NCBI RefSeq assembly: GCF_001194135.2
Contig: NC_068988.1
Location: 67,415,123-67,479,122 of the forward strand
Length of the DNA: 64,000 nt
DNA from: Octopus bimaculoides
Lineage: Eukaryota
Direction of reading: 5' to 3'
Shown here: positions 39,457-52,839 of the stretch, in pieces
Position numbering within the stretch: position 1 is the first letter of the stretch
How the letters are laid out: each line of letters begins with the position of its first letter
Program-made: the position numbers and the translations under genes
Notes under the pieces: generated by a model
Databases searched by the model: none
What the model saw: only the letters and a program-made list of their open reading frames with translations
What the model was told of the DNA's origin: nothing

Positions 39457-40646
39457 CCTTTCTCTTGCATATCCGTAAATTAATATATTTGTTTCATATA
39501 AGGAAGTCGCCCATAGTGCTTCTGTTGTGTCTCAAACGTATATGGTAGGGTTAATCTTAATAGGTCTTTATTTTCGTATGTGAAGCCATTCAGGAAGCAT
39601 TGATCGATGTGAAGTATGGCTGCCTGCTGGATGATGCTCCTTTTCAATCGGTGATAAGAATTCTATGTAGCAATATAGATCAAAGAAATGTTTTATACGA
39701 TATTCCCAATGGTTAAACGTTAACATTTATTTCCGTTCGATACTAATCTACAGCCTGTAATTAATGCTTAATTGATTTTACATCTAGTTCTATAATCATA
39801 GGTGTAAACCAATCAAATATTACGTAAGCTCTAAAATCTTTGGCATAGTTTTCTTTGATATAATCTGATACAAGACTAGTTTTGCAACAAATCTAGATAC
39901 GAAGCGGCATTTTACTTGGAAAGGTAGATGAGAGGTCAAATTATTTATGAAAGATCTTTTAAACGTTGTTAAAGGAAAATATTTTAAATACGTTAGTTTC
40001 GATGAAGGTGTAATGTATTTGGTATTGATTTATATGCATAGCAGACATTTAAGTAAAGCGTGTATATACTTAATAAAGGTACAGTGCAATTAATTTACGC
40101 TTTTAGAGTCTTCTATGATTAAGGAATTTCAAAATAACTTATGTTGATCCCGTCAACGTAAGAAAAGAAACGATGTGTCATTGCTGTGAAAAGAAATAAA
40201 CATTTATTTCTATATTTCTTTCGTCTTCATTGTTTAATTATTTCTAATTTAGATATAAGACCAACAACCTTTTGAGCGTGCAGTTGTTTAGTCAATTATA
40301 TCGTAGTTACATTTCTGCTCTGTCCCAGGGAAGCAGAATAGTGCAATGTTTTATAGCTGGAATAAAACATAATGCAAGAATAATATAAAAGCTATTATAC
40401 AGAGGCAATTAAGCAAATAGATAAAGGAACTGTTTTTAAATACCTGGTGGATTTAATTTTCAATTTTTCTTCAATTTATGCAAAGGGTTATATTTGTTCT
40501 TTTTATTAGTTTATTAGTTTTAGTTTACGTATTTTTTTTCTGTTTTTAGTTTTCTGTCTGCCAACTTCGTTTGCTATTTTATACTCAAATACACATTTAT
40601 TTAACCTGACACTGTAACGTTTAATGCTTGCGTTTTATCTTTCCAG

Positions 40647-40668
40647 ATGAACATCGATCAAAAGAGAG
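40647..40668 (+). CDS. Candidate 22-nt micro-exon ATGAACATCGATCAAAAGAGAG
   Basis: Long T-rich upstream tract, TTTTATCTTTCCAG acceptor and AG|GTAAGG donor. Strongest splice signature I found in the window. Confidence 0.45.
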
Positions 40669-40904
40669 GTAAGGTTTCTCTTGGAAAAACTGTTTTTAAT
40701 TACATTAATTTAGCTATTCCTCATACTGCGACAATATCACAAATGGCTTTGAAATATACAGGATTAGATATTAGGATGAAATGTCAAGCAGACATAGATA
40801 ACTTTGCATTGAAACTATAGAAAAACTGGCTGAAATATTGCAAGAGCGGTAGTCCAATACACTGTAGCACTACTACATATCCAGTTTTAGTAATAGCATA
40901 TATT

Positions 40905-41095
40905 AGTTTCAAATTTTGGCCCAAGGCAAGCAATGTCGGGGGAGGGGATAAGTGGATTACATCGGCTCCAGTCCACAAAAGATAATTATTTTATTGACCG
41001 AGAAAAGATGAAAGGTAGGTTGACTTCGGAGGAATTTGAACTCAGAAGGTAAAAGTGGAGGAAATGTCACTGAGCATTCTACCCGGTATGCCGCC
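40905..41095 (-). mobile_element. SINE family A
   Basis: Reverse complement has TTCTGAGTTCAAATTCC...CTTTCATC...CAATAAAATAA...AAATTTGAAAC. Confidence 0.75.
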
Positions 41096-42421
41096 TTAAA
41101 AAAAGTATGTATTAATGAAATAGTATATACTAATGAAACTAAAAACAATGTATTCGAAGGAATTGTTAACGTGATAATACTTTTGTTTTGAGATTGAGTG
41201 CCGGGCCTAGCCGTTTCTAAGTATTTAGGCTCTTACCTTGGTAAAAATCAAAATCAAATGTTTCACAAAAGGCATTTTGCGCCATCCTAATGAATGGAAG
41301 GATGTATTGGATAACTGAATTTTACATAAACTTTGTCACGCAGGGAGGGTATCGTGAGTAATTCGTTGGTTGATAGGTCTGTTCTTCCAGTAAAAATAGC
41401 AATAAGTTTGCATAACTTATTGGCAGTAAACCACATGTATGTATACAGTAACATGTTCCTCACCATGCAATTAAGCAGTATCTATTTGAATGTAAAGTAC
41501 GACCTACATATAGGCAGAAGGCATGGTAGATCTACTTATAAATGGAACTGTTATTGGAACTTGGTTATTGTCTAACCATCCACATGTCTGACGTATGTTA
41601 TTGAATTTTCATTTTGTTTTACTCACGGTCGGTAGGGTGGCAGTTTCATCCAGCTTTGTACAAAATACTTTGTCGTATTTGATTACACTTATTTAATTTT
41701 AAACTTAAAATGCTGCCGAAGTCAGGTCTGCCTATTGTACTCCATCTCTTTCTTTTATCCGCTTATCCAATATATCCTCCCCCAAATCTATGATCTCTGT
41801 CTATGTTTTCATTTATTGTTCATATATATCATTATGTTCCACTACCTGGAGACTATATCAACTCAGTACTACGTTTGTGCAATATTTCATCTCACCAATC
41901 ACTGTTTGAGAATACGCGTATCGGCATAAAAAAAAACAAAGCAAAATTTACCATTAATAATAAATATTATAGTGAGTCTGCTATTAGAATTAATTTCTTT
42001 ATTCAGTGAATGTTTAGTATTCTTAAGTACACAAAACTACAAAACAAACACTTAGATATATACAAGGATATGTATATACGTGTATGCTTGTCCTTGAGTA
42101 AATATGCATAAATATGTGCGTGCTTATGTAGTGTGAGTGTGAGTGAGTGTGTGAATGTGTGTGTGTGTGTATCTATGTTAATAAACGAAAAGTTGATAAT
42201 AAAAACTCAGTTTCATAACACAGATGCAGGTAAATTAAAATGGAAGTTATTGTTTTCACTCAATAATACACTGTATTTTTTATAGTATTTCACGTGTAAT
42301 AGCTGATACGATATGATATTTAATTCATTTCACCACAAACATCCTTTTGATGTATTTGACAAATATCAAGACTCATTTACGAAGTCATTTAATAACGTAT
42401 TGGAAAAATATCAATGTATTA

Positions 42422-42588
42422 GATAATGGCAATGAGTAGATGAATAATCGCGAAACATTGTTAATAATAATGAAACATCGATGGATTATGGTAAAACGAA
42501 TATGAGCAAGAATGAAATGAAAAGGAATAATGATGAGAAATGCATGAATAATGAAGAAACAAGGATGCATTATGATGATATGTAGAAT
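42422..42588 (+). repeat. Degenerate 21-bp minisatellite with heptad coding-like pattern
   Basis: Eight units, e.g. AATAATGATGAGAAATGCATG and AATAATGAAGAAACAAGGATG. Most end in ATG. Confidence 0.65.
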
Positions 42589-43790
42589 TCAAGAAAAACA
42601 GAATAATGAACACAAAGGAGAACGGTAAGAAAATAAATTCTCTGCCATTGAAACTGTAGATGATGTTTTCTTATCGAATTTTTGCGACCTACTTTCATTT
42701 CGAAAACAGACAGCTGCAGTGTACAATAGGTATTTAACTTGAATTATTTACCGGGGCACTTAGTCAGTCTATGTCGTAACAATGAAATAGCTTCTATAAA
42801 AATAGATATTTTCAATTCCTTTCCAAACATATAAGTGTTATTCTAAGTTTGAATATATGTTGATTTGCACTTAACAGTCATCAAATTTAATTAAACGCCG
42901 ATTCCTCTAGCAATGTAAGGAATTATAACCATAAGAATAGAATTTCTCTTGAGGAATGCACTAGACTATTAGTTAAAGCTACGGCACTCTATTCTTCTTA
43001 TCTAAATGACAACGCAAGTATTTTGTCTGTAGTTGTTAAAAGCATTTGAAGGTTTCAGTTAATGAAATTAAAAACAATTTTTGGTGTCATGTTTCCAGGT
43101 ACTCCTACAATGATATACCTAAACACTTTAAAAAAATAATAATAACGAGTGGTTGGTTATAATATTGAATTACTTTGTGTGAGGATAACCTGCGAAGTTT
43201 TCAGTGTAAAACGTAGTTCCGCAGAAGTTACGACTTAGCAAGATGTAAAAAATCACTAATAATGTTCCTTAATAATTGAAGAACTTAAACTTCTTACTAA
43301 TGTTTACCTATTAGCTATAGATTTTCGTGGCTGCTTCTCTTTAATTTCAATATATCTAATTAGATTTTCTTATCTCTCAAATGCCTACATCAAAGACATC
43401 CAGGTTATAAAAACCTCAAATACATTTTCGAATTTACGATCTAAATGAAAATGCAATGGCGGATTTGGTATAGCCTTACTCAATAAAATACTTTCGGAAA
43501 TAATAAAATTCTGACTCTTCATATTATAACTGTATGCCAGGATAGGATATTGGCAGAATCTGGAGAACGGTAGGCATCGTGTTTTACTGTATGTAGCTAC
43601 GGTTCTTTATGTTCCTTATATTTCAAATCCCGCAGGAGTTTTGTTTGACTTCCATTTTTTGTGGCTGAGAAAGCAAGGTCCCTCTAAAGGTTGGGAGGTC
43701 CGTATAATCAACCAAAACCTCCACCAAAATGCATGATATTGTGACCTACTTAGGAACAATTACTGGCTTGTTGCCATTTTAGTTATTTAG

Positions 43791-43815
43791 AAATGCAAAA
43801 GACATGAAATCTTTG
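43791..43815 (+). CDS. Candidate 25-nt micro-exon
   Basis: TTTTAGTTATTTAG acceptor and TTG|GTAAGA donor. Phase 2 to 0 reads NAKDMKSL. Confidence 0.3.
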
Positions 43816-44443
43816 GTAAGAAATTGTAACTTGTCATTTATTAATATCACGTTTATTCTCCTATTGATTTCATATGGATGACTATAATTAAAATATCATT
43901 ATTTAGGAAGAAATTTTCTTAGAGATGTGCTTTTGTCCAAATTACTCGCAGCTGAATCTGACTCAGCGGAACAATGACAGTAAAATGTATACTCGTGTTC
44001 TCAACTATGATGTTATTACTGAAAAATGGAGGAAAAACAAGACTTGAAAAGCTGTTCTTAAAGATCTGACAATATGTAGATGTAGATAGCATTGTTCTAG
44101 AATTCTGAAGTATAAATGTTGGTACATACATACATACATACATAAACACACACACACACTCAAACACATACGCACGCGCGAACACACACACATATACGTG
44201 TCTGTGTGCGTGTGCATACATATATATATAGTTATATATATAGGTACATATATAAATGTATATATATATATATATATATATATNNNNNNNNNNNNNNNNN
44301 NNNNNNNNNNNNNNNNNNNNNNNNNNNNNNNNNNNNNNNNNNNNNNNNNNNNNNNNNNNNNNNNNNNNNNNNNNNNNNNNNNNNNNNNNNNNNNNNNNNN
44401 NNNNNNNNNNNNNNNNNNNNNNNNNNNNNNNNNNNNNNNNNNN

Positions 44444-44488
<45 letters not shown>

Positions 44489-44842
44489 TATTATATATAT
44501 ACATATATATATATGCATACCTATATATATATATTATATACATATATACATAAATATGTATACATGTACTCACACACACACAAATATATATATGTATGTG
44601 TTCTTCGTTGCAAATATGTATTTAAGGGGTGAATACATCTTATAAAGCTGTGTAAGTAGATTATTGGACAGATTAGCAACCATTCGGTTGGTCCATATTA
44701 AATGAGGCTATCATTATGTATAAACCATAGGGGAAAGCGTGAAGATAATAGTAAAAGTTTTCTCCCTCCGAACAAAGTCATGAATAATGATAGTATCGAG
44801 CATTCTGTCTACTCGCTCCGTAGTTGCTATGGTTACATTTAG

Positions 44843-44900
44843 GTTAACCTAGTGAACACCTATGAAATTCTTACAACTTTTCATAAACCTATCATAAGAG
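44843..44900 (+). CDS. Candidate 58-nt exon
   Basis: CATTTAG acceptor and GAG|GTAAGT donor. Open only in phase 0: VNLVNTYEILTTFHKPIIR. Confidence 0.3.
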
Positions 44901-45379
44901 GTAAGTAAAATACTGAGCGTTTGAAACATCACTTCACACAATCTCTTCCTCAAGTATGTACAGGTTCTTATTGGTATAGGTATTCCTCTGAAAGCGTACA
45001 CTTATAATCGAAAGCCTCGCAGTAGTTTATTATTCTCTGTACAGGAATGACTATCGTAGTGAGATTTATAATGATATATGTTCATATACAATGGTCCCTC
45101 GTTTCTCTCTCCTTACCCTCTCAACACTGGCGTCATCTACAATGAAAGATTAGAAATGCATTGCAAGTACCAACCTTATTTTCCTTCACTACAATCATCA
45201 ACACAGGAGTTTCTACACGGTAATCAAGCGACCAAGAATATCAGAAAATCACACTCAAATTACGTTCTTGTCTGTCTTAATGAAATGATATAGTAGATAA
45301 AGAAGTCATAAGTATATAAATATATCATTAGTAATCTCACTACGATGTCATTACTGTACAGAGGATTGTGAAAGTCGAA

Positions 45380-46105
45380 AACAGCCATAAAGAACCATAA
45401 ACAACCACAGCTTCCACCACGGCGTGAAGACGGCTCCACAACACGAAATATGTTTTCGTCACAGTGTCCCTGGGAAGGGACCTCCTTGATCTTGGCCACT
45501 AGTTCTGACTTGATGTTGCAGGCAAAGCGATTAACGACTTTCTCAAGCACGCCCATTACACAGTAATCCATGGGATTACAATAGTGGGATTTAAGAGCCC
45601 CGAAATTGGGGCCAACGAAATCGTAGAATTTCCCCGGCAACTAGTTATAATTATTTTCGGTGGTATGACAAGGACCGAATCCTGCCGTCACACATTTGAC
45701 CTTCCAGCATTAACCATCTCCAGCCAGAGATTGACAATAACTTCCAGCGGCTTCACATAGCCGTCTGAATTAAGCTTAAGTCTCTGTTCAATGATGTTAG
45801 GGTGAATTCCACCATTCAAGTGCAGTCAGGACGCTTGTTGTGTCTCTTTTTGTTGGCCATCGCTTCATAGTCTCAATTGTATGACACGTCTTACAGCCTT
45901 TACAGTGTCCACAGAAGATTGAGCAGCAGCCATGGCATCTGAATATTGATTGCCAAAGCGAATCATCATGACATAGATAAATGATATCCAATATTCAGAT
46001 GGCTTCCAGTTTTCCATGTCAGATAACTTTTTCTCAACACGACTTTCTGCTCTGCAGAAACTGTTCAGGCTGTTCTTGAAGAAAGAAGACGTGAAAATTT
46101 AGCCC
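45380..46105 (-). mobile_element. Tc1/mariner-superfamily transposase relic (maT-like), internally deleted
   Basis: Minus strand LKLNSDGYVK, NVWQQDS.PCHT, SHYCNPMDYCVMGV (decayed SPDLNPLDY.VWG), CNIKSELVAKIKE and HAVVEA. Confidence 0.75.
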
Positions 46106-47100
46106 GAACAACCTGTGCATATATACAAATATACATGCACACATAAATTCATTCATGCGTACGTGCATACACGCGTGCATAATGCGTGCATGCATGCATA
46201 CATAATATATACATCTACCTACCCATCCATCCATACATCCATCCATCCATCCATACATACATACATACATACATACATCCGTACGTGCATGCATGCATAC
46301 ATACATACATACATATGAACTTGCTGTTTCTTTTTATATTCTCCATCGTTCATTACTCCAACAACTTTTGTTTAGACTTTGTATTTGGACAACATTTATC
46401 TTGTCATACACATTTTGCCAATCATGTATTAAAGGATATTGACAAAGATTGTCTAGACATAAGACATTTACGTAGCACAAAAGCGTTCATTTAATTAAAT
46501 TCACCTACGTATATTATTGGTGCATTTTTCCTGTCAAATACTGAAGTTTCATTTGAGCATTGAACCAGCTAGAAATAGAAGTAAAATCCATCTCATATCA
46601 TACTATACGTTTCTTTCCTCTTTCAATACCAGCAATGGAGTAGCATTACTGATGCCCTTACTTGCTGTCGAGGTTTTCTCCCTTGTCAGTACATAGAACA
46701 GTGCATGTTCAAGGCTAAAGGGACTTTGACTCTTATTTCTAGCAATGCTGGTGCTGCCCTGCGACCTTAGTCACTTTGAGTGACAGTGAATTATTTTCTT
46801 ATCGGTTTTAAATTACGTTTAGTCATCTTAATCATTATATACGTTGCGTGTCTTGTTTTCCATCTGTTTCCTTCATTCTTCCGAAAAAAAGTTCATATTC
46901 CATATATTCGTATTTCGCATTCCATATTCTCGTATTTTTGTTGTTTACGTTCTGCGACGTCCTGTGTCAATATATGCATATGCATATACGTATATATGTA
47001 AGTATGTACATATCCGTATGTATATTTATTTATGTTTTTTTTTATTTATGCGCCCTTTTAAAGCCTAGCCAGGCTTATGGGCCCGGTTTTCCGGTTTCCC

Positions 47101-47460
47101 CATGGTTCCGGGCTCAGTCCCAGTGCGTGGCACATTCGGGAAATATCTTCAACTATAGCCTTGGGCCCACTAAAGCCTTCTGAGTGGATTTGGTAGACGG
47201 AAACTGAAAGAAGCTTGTCGTGTATATACATATGTATATATATTTATGTGTGCGTGCTTTTGTGTCTGTGCTTAACCCCACCCCCAACATCACCTGACAA
47301 CCGAGTTTAGTGTGCTTATATCCCCGAAACGTAACGATGCAGCAAAAGAGGCTGATAGAATAAGTACTAGGCTTACAAACAATAAGTCCAGGAGTCTATT
47401 TCTTCGACTAAAGGCGGTGCTCCAGCATGGCCGCAGTCAAATGACTGAAACGTATAAAGG
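47101..47460 (+). mobile_element. tRNA-derived SINE family B, nearly full length
   Basis: CATGGTTCCGGGCTCAGTCCC B-box region, internal TA/TG repeat, GATAGAATAAGTACTAGG and GGCGGTGCTCCAGCATGGCCGCAGTCAAATGACTGAAAC tail. Confidence 0.85.
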
Positions 47461-47514
47461 AGTATATGTACACACACACACACACATATGTATGTATATA
47501 TATAAATGCATACG

Positions 47515-47585
<71 letters not shown>

Positions 47586-47714
47586 TGGAGAATATTTCAC
47601 ATCTTTATTTGGTGATTATACCATAAAAGACCGATCGGTTTTATGATGCCAGCATATTCTAGATATAGGAAAACGTTTTGAGTAGTTTGTCCTTCGTAAT
47701 AGACGATGACCTAG

Positions 47715-48430
47715 GACATCACATTGGACAAGAAGACGTGGCATGGTGTGCCCGGCTGTGGACGATCAGTTCGATGCATGCTCGGAAAGCTCTCCCGTAA
47801 CTGGGGAACTCGCGGTTTGCTAGGACTGAAGGCAACGTGTTGCCTTTGGACTCACGCATTTCGCTTTTGTTGTGTCCCTGTAATCCTTCATTGTTTATAG
47901 GAGGTTGCAATTTTGTTGTTTGCAGCTTCACCATATAAAGTGTTCTTGTGCTTGCACTTACCAAGTGTAGAGATTCATCTCAAATCTCTTGAATGAGACT
48001 TCAGTGTATCCTTGAAGTGATTTTTATATCCACTTTCCGTGCGCTAGCCTTTCGTCATTTCAACGCAAAGCAATCTTTTAGGGGATCGTACGTCAAGCAT
48101 TAGAACATGGTGGAGATCAGTTCTTGAGAGGACTCCCATGTCAGGGTCCTTGAGTTGTCAGATAATTTTCAATAGCCTCTCAGTTAGTTCACATAAATGT
48201 AGTTTTGCTATCTGGCGTGGTTTTCGTAAACCGTTGTAGTCTCGTAGGCGTACAGTATAGTAGGCAGTACAACTGCTTGCTATAACTTCAACATAGTGGC
48301 CAACATAATGCCTTTCTTTTCCAGCACTGATCTACGTACGTGCGCAAATGCTCAGCATCCCTTGGTGATACGTGTGTCGCATTCATCGTCAATGTTTACA
48401 GATCTGGAGTGTGCAGCCGAGGTATCTGAA
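47715..48430 (-). mobile_element. RTE-BovB-type LINE 3' portion, degenerate
   Basis: Minus strand SRSVNIDDECDTRITK, QAVVLPTILYAYET, HFKDTLK and a terminal RAFRACIELIVHSRAH zinc-finger remnant. Confidence 0.85.
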
Positions 48431-48900
48431 CATAGCAATATATTAAGAATTTATGCTAACACAGTGTTATCTAGGTAACGAAACACAGGTTAAATTCAAC
48501 TCGAACTAAAGTTGATAATACAGGAATGCATACGAGAAGTACGTTAAAAAGAGATATTGATATTCTCAGAGAAAACAGTCTACTATTTAAACTTATGATG
48601 ACGTCAGCAGATAACGAAATAATAAAATTTTTTGTATGCTAAAGCACTTTAATTGTCGTTCACGATGAATTAACTTGGATCTTAATTCTATATGAATTTT
48701 TATATATCTGTCAGCATTACGTAGTTAAGTTCACTTAACCACTGAGTGCTTTCTAGATATCTTCCTGGTTTTATCAATTCCTTTTACATATATACATACA
48801 CACACGTGTGTGTGTGTGTGTGTGTGTTTGTGTGTTTGTGTGTGTGTATGTGTGTGTGTGTGTGTGTTTGTCTGTGTGTGTATGTGTGTGTGCGTATATG

Positions 48901-48981
48901 CAGTAATCCCTCGCCATATCTCGGTTTACGTATTCCGGAGGGTTTTCGAAAGTAATACCCACCATAGTAGAGGGATTACTG
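48901..48981. mobile_element. pogo/Tigger-like MITE, 81 bp
   Basis: Perfect 12-bp TIRs CAGTAATCCCTC / GAGGGATTACTG, with TA on the right side. Confidence 0.75.
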
Positions 48982-49741
48982 TATATATATATATATATAT
49001 ATATNNNNNNNNNNNNNNNNNNNNNNNNNNNNNNNNNNNNNNNNNNNNNNNNNNNNNNNNNNNNNNNNNNNNNNNNNNNNNNNNNNNNNNNNNNNNNNNN
49101 NNTGTGTGTGTGTGTGCGTGTGTGCGTGTGTGTGCGTGTGTGCGTGTGTGTACGTGTGTGTGTGTGTGTCTTTAAAACCTTATAAGAGAGTTTTTGTCTA
49201 CTCCGATGCAATGACAAGGAAATAAGGGAGTGTCAGGATTCAACGTCAGACTGTACGTTTCTTGTGTGTATTCAGATATTCCCAATTCTCATTCAGCTCA
49301 ACATATAGTTAAAATTGATTAACAGCGGACTGACATGTAAACTGCCTGGACCCCGCCGATCCTTCTGCTAAACAGGGAACCAAATATCCGTCGAATTACA
49401 TTATTCAAGCAGAATAGGCTTTAGATAATGCAGCTGTTGACTAATACTCTAAACAGAAAATATGGCAGTCACGGTTAGAGTTCCTTTGATCATGATTTTG
49501 CTCTCAATCGGTACTGCTTTGCAGAAAAACAAGAACTGCTTCACAATTATCAGTTTGTCTTTCGTGTGTCACAGAGATGAAGGATATTCATGTCCAAGTA
49601 GTTTTCATTGATTAATTTCATCCAATATTTCAACCACAATATCGATTTTTTTCCTGCGGATAAAATCATAATATGACAGGTGATAAGATAGAATCAGTTG
49701 CAGTGTACAACTGAACGTTCTGTTACGTATACCATGTAGAA

Positions 49742-51525
49742 CAGTGGTTCCCAGCAATTTTCAACCCTAGGGACCACTCCTGCTTTTACTTTATGCTGTT
49801 CTATTTTCACACTAAAATACTTATGAAAAAGCAAACAAGTCTATTTACACTTTAAATTTTATTTTGGCAAACAAAAGATAACATTTTAAATTTATTTTAG
49901 TAAACAAAGATATTTTAGTAAACAAGATATCAAAATCATTTTTCATAAAGTCGTTCATTTGTAGTCAATTTAGCTAGTGACTAGCCTGATATTCTTAGTC
50001 TGATAGTTCCTCTGCCGTTGATATCTAATTCATTTCTTTTTCTACTTAAAATATCTACAACAGATGAAAATGCAGATTCTACTATCCATGTGGTAGGGAA
50101 AGAAATGATGCTTGCTCCTACATGTCGAAAAATATGTGGGTGTGATTCCTTTATCGATATGTAGGCAAAAACATCTTTTTCAACTCTTCTGTTTCATATT
50201 CTCTTTCAAATCCAACAACTCAAACTTTTCATCTCTTGGCTCATAATTTTCTAGGTCTACAAACCAGAGTGGATAATCTATCTTTAATGAATCATTATAT
50301 CTTCTCTTAAAGTATACATGAAGACTTTCACGATGGGCAATGCAATCAGCAATGCATTCTGATGTAAGAACTGTGGTGTTCAAATTTTGAAATGATGCCA
50401 ACATTTTGTTTTAATTTCCCCTTATACCCGTTTACCTTCTGAGAACAGGTGACCAAATCTGATTTTCTACCTTGCAGCTCTAAGTTAAGCAGATTCACTG
50501 TTTTAAAGATATCACTCAAGTAGAATATCTTTGATTTAAACTCAGAAAACCTTTCCAAAGTTTTCTTAGCTGTATCAGGTTGCTTCTTGGAGTTGTAGTG
50601 AGTCATCTGATTCTTGAACATGAGAAAATTGATTAATGATTCCCACAAATTCACTTTTCTTCGAAGGCTCAGGCCTTTTGACAACCATCTTACTTCTGTG
50701 TGAAGCAATAGGGTTTTAAAATCTCCATCTTCACAGAATTGCATGAAAAATCTATCATTCACTGAGTTTGATTTGACAAAGTTAATTGCATGTATGGCAG
50801 TGTTGAGTGCTTCTTCCATGTGTCCTCCAATATTCTTAGCAACGAAATGCTGTTTGTGGATAATGCAATGTATATAAAATATGTGAGGAGCAACTGATTT
50901 CATTCTAGAAATAAAAACCTTTCACTTTTCCAGTCATGATTGCAGCTCCATTTGATGTAATGTTGATCAAATTAATCAATGAAACATTTTTATCATTAAA
51001 ATACTGCATTACCTCATTGAGGTAGCTTCAGACAAACATTTAATGAATAACATTTCTTCCCTTATATCATCTTCATGGATGAATCTGACATAGACTAGCA
51101 GGATAGCTTGGTTATAAATTGTGCTATCATCAACCTGGATAGAAAAATTTGCCTTTTGGAGACTTTCCACAATCTTCTTCTCAACAAAATTAGACATTTC
51201 ATCCTGTCTTGTAATTGTGTTATTTGAAAGTAGAATTGTACTCAGAGTAGACGCAGCATCTTTTCCCAGAACCTCATTTGCATAAGTTATCATAGCAGGC
51301 TTGACAAGTTTCTCACCATAAATCTGAAGTACTGCAACCTTGGCAATAATTTCAGAGACCAAATAACTTGGTTTGAGTGTCTTTATCTTTTCAGCATTTG
51401 TTTTTTTCAGTCGGGTAGTTTGATTGGATGTATTTTCCTTTTATTCTCAAAATATTCCCTAACTTTACCAACACATGATGGATGCCTTAATTCCTGGTGC
51501 TGTTCCAGCTTAACTTTCTTGAAGG
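49742..51525 (-). mobile_element. hAT Buster/Charlie (ZBED5-like) transposon, degenerate, one end missing
   Basis: ORF pieces 51009-51362, 50346-50903 and 50180-50404: LSNNTI, FSIQVDDST, LLVYVRF, IHCIIH, LLHTEVRWLSKG. TIR CAGTGGTTCCCA at 49742 is preceded by ATGTAGAA, which fits the Charlie NTCTAGAN target. Confidence 0.92.
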
Positions 51526-51654
51526 AATGATTTGTCATGATAAATATCGATCTGTGTTTGATTTGAACGCAGAAACGAAGAGCTGTAATGAAATATGACA
51601 GGACACTTTTACCAATCCACAGCCCTCATCGAAATATATATTGTTTCTGACATA

Positions 51655-51790
51655 GGCACAAGCTGTATATTGAAGCTGACATTTCTTCTATCAAATCGAC
51701 CTCAGTGCTTGAAGCATAAATTATTTTAATGCCTTCGGAAAGATGAAAGATAAAATTAACCTCGGCGGTATTCGAACGCAGAAGACAAAC
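51655..51790 (-). mobile_element. SINE family A fragment near the broken end of the hAT copy
   Basis: Reverse complement has CCGCCGAGGTTAATTTTATCTTTCATC...CACTGAGGTCGATTTGAT. Confidence 0.6.
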
Positions 51791-51986
51791 ACTTGCAACG
51801 AACCCAGCTTATGCGATCTATTGTACAAAATATATTGGTTTCATCATTACCAGAAGCACCTCAACGTTTTAAATTAATTTCCCCAGCGAAAATCATTTAA
51901 GTGTTATTCACGCACGAACTTTGTTGATAAATGCATTACTATTCGCTTCTCTGTTTAATTTCCTTTCTCATTTATAAGTTTGAACA

Positions 51987-52095
51987 TCATTCTGAAGAAG
52001 GTAATTTTGTGGTTATTTCTTTGATTATGTAAACAATGTTCATGAGTAGTCACGATTATATATCCAATGATACCAACACGCGCGTCCACAAATGA
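51987..52095 (+). ncRNA. Degenerate hammerhead relic
   Basis: CTGAAGA-A-GGTA...TACC-AACAC-GCGC-GTC. The GAAAC core is mutated; the palindromic stem III ACGCGCGT is retained. Confidence 0.4.
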
Positions 52096-52349
52096 AAGAA
52101 AACAACAACAATAAACGACTGACATTAAACCGATTAGAAACTCTGTTTTCTAAATGAGAGTGGAAACATTTACTTGTAGTAAACTTTACATATACCAGAC
52201 ATTTCTCTCTGCAAGTTACTAATAATAGTAAAGACTTGTATATGAGTACCAACTTCTCACATACGCTGAAACAACACGAAACAAAAATTGATCTGAGTTA
52301 TAAGCAGAATAAGCGCGAAATATATACATAGGCCCATATAACTTTATGT

Positions 52350-52735
52350 GGAGATGCAATGGCCCAGTGGTCAAGGCAGCGGACTCACGGTCGTAGGATC
52401 GCGGTTTCGATTCCCAGACTGGGCGATGTGAGTGTCCATTGAGCGGAAACATCTAAAGCTTCACGAAGCTACGGTAGTGGGTGGTGGCGAACTCTGCTGT
52501 ACTCCTTCACCACAAATTTCTCTAACTCTCTCTTCCTGTTTCTGTTGTACCTGTATTTCAAAGGGCCAGACTTGTCATGCACTGTGTCACGCTGAAACTT
52601 CCCAAGAAATACGTTAATGGAACGCATGTCTGTAGAGTGCCCAGCCACTTGCACGTTATTTTCATGAGCAGGCTGTTCCGTTGATCGGATCAACTGGAAC
52701 TCTCGTCGTCCTAACCGACAGAGTGCCACGATACC
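52350..52735 (+). mobile_element. Full-length tRNA-derived SINE family C
   Basis: A box TGGCCCAGTGG and B box GGTTTCGATTCCC. The 3' part GTTGATCGGATCAACTGGAA is shared with 61231-61373. (TATG)n tail. Confidence 0.88.
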
Positions 52736-52839
52736 TGTATGTATGTATGCATGTATGTATGTATGTATGTATGCATGTATGTATGTATGCATGCATGTAT
52801 GCATGCATGCATGTATGCATGTATGTATGTATGTATGTG

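Noticed and set aside
41237-41687. Two minus-strand exon candidates (41627-41687, KLDETATLPT, superficially dUTPase-like; 41237-41286)
   Set aside because: The first has a weak acceptor, joining them gives an in-frame TGA, and no dUTPase motifs follow. This also shows that chance splice-site pairs are common here.
46300-46530. Possible additional mariner C-terminal fragment
   Set aside because: Only a vague LAKCV similarity and no diagnostic motif.
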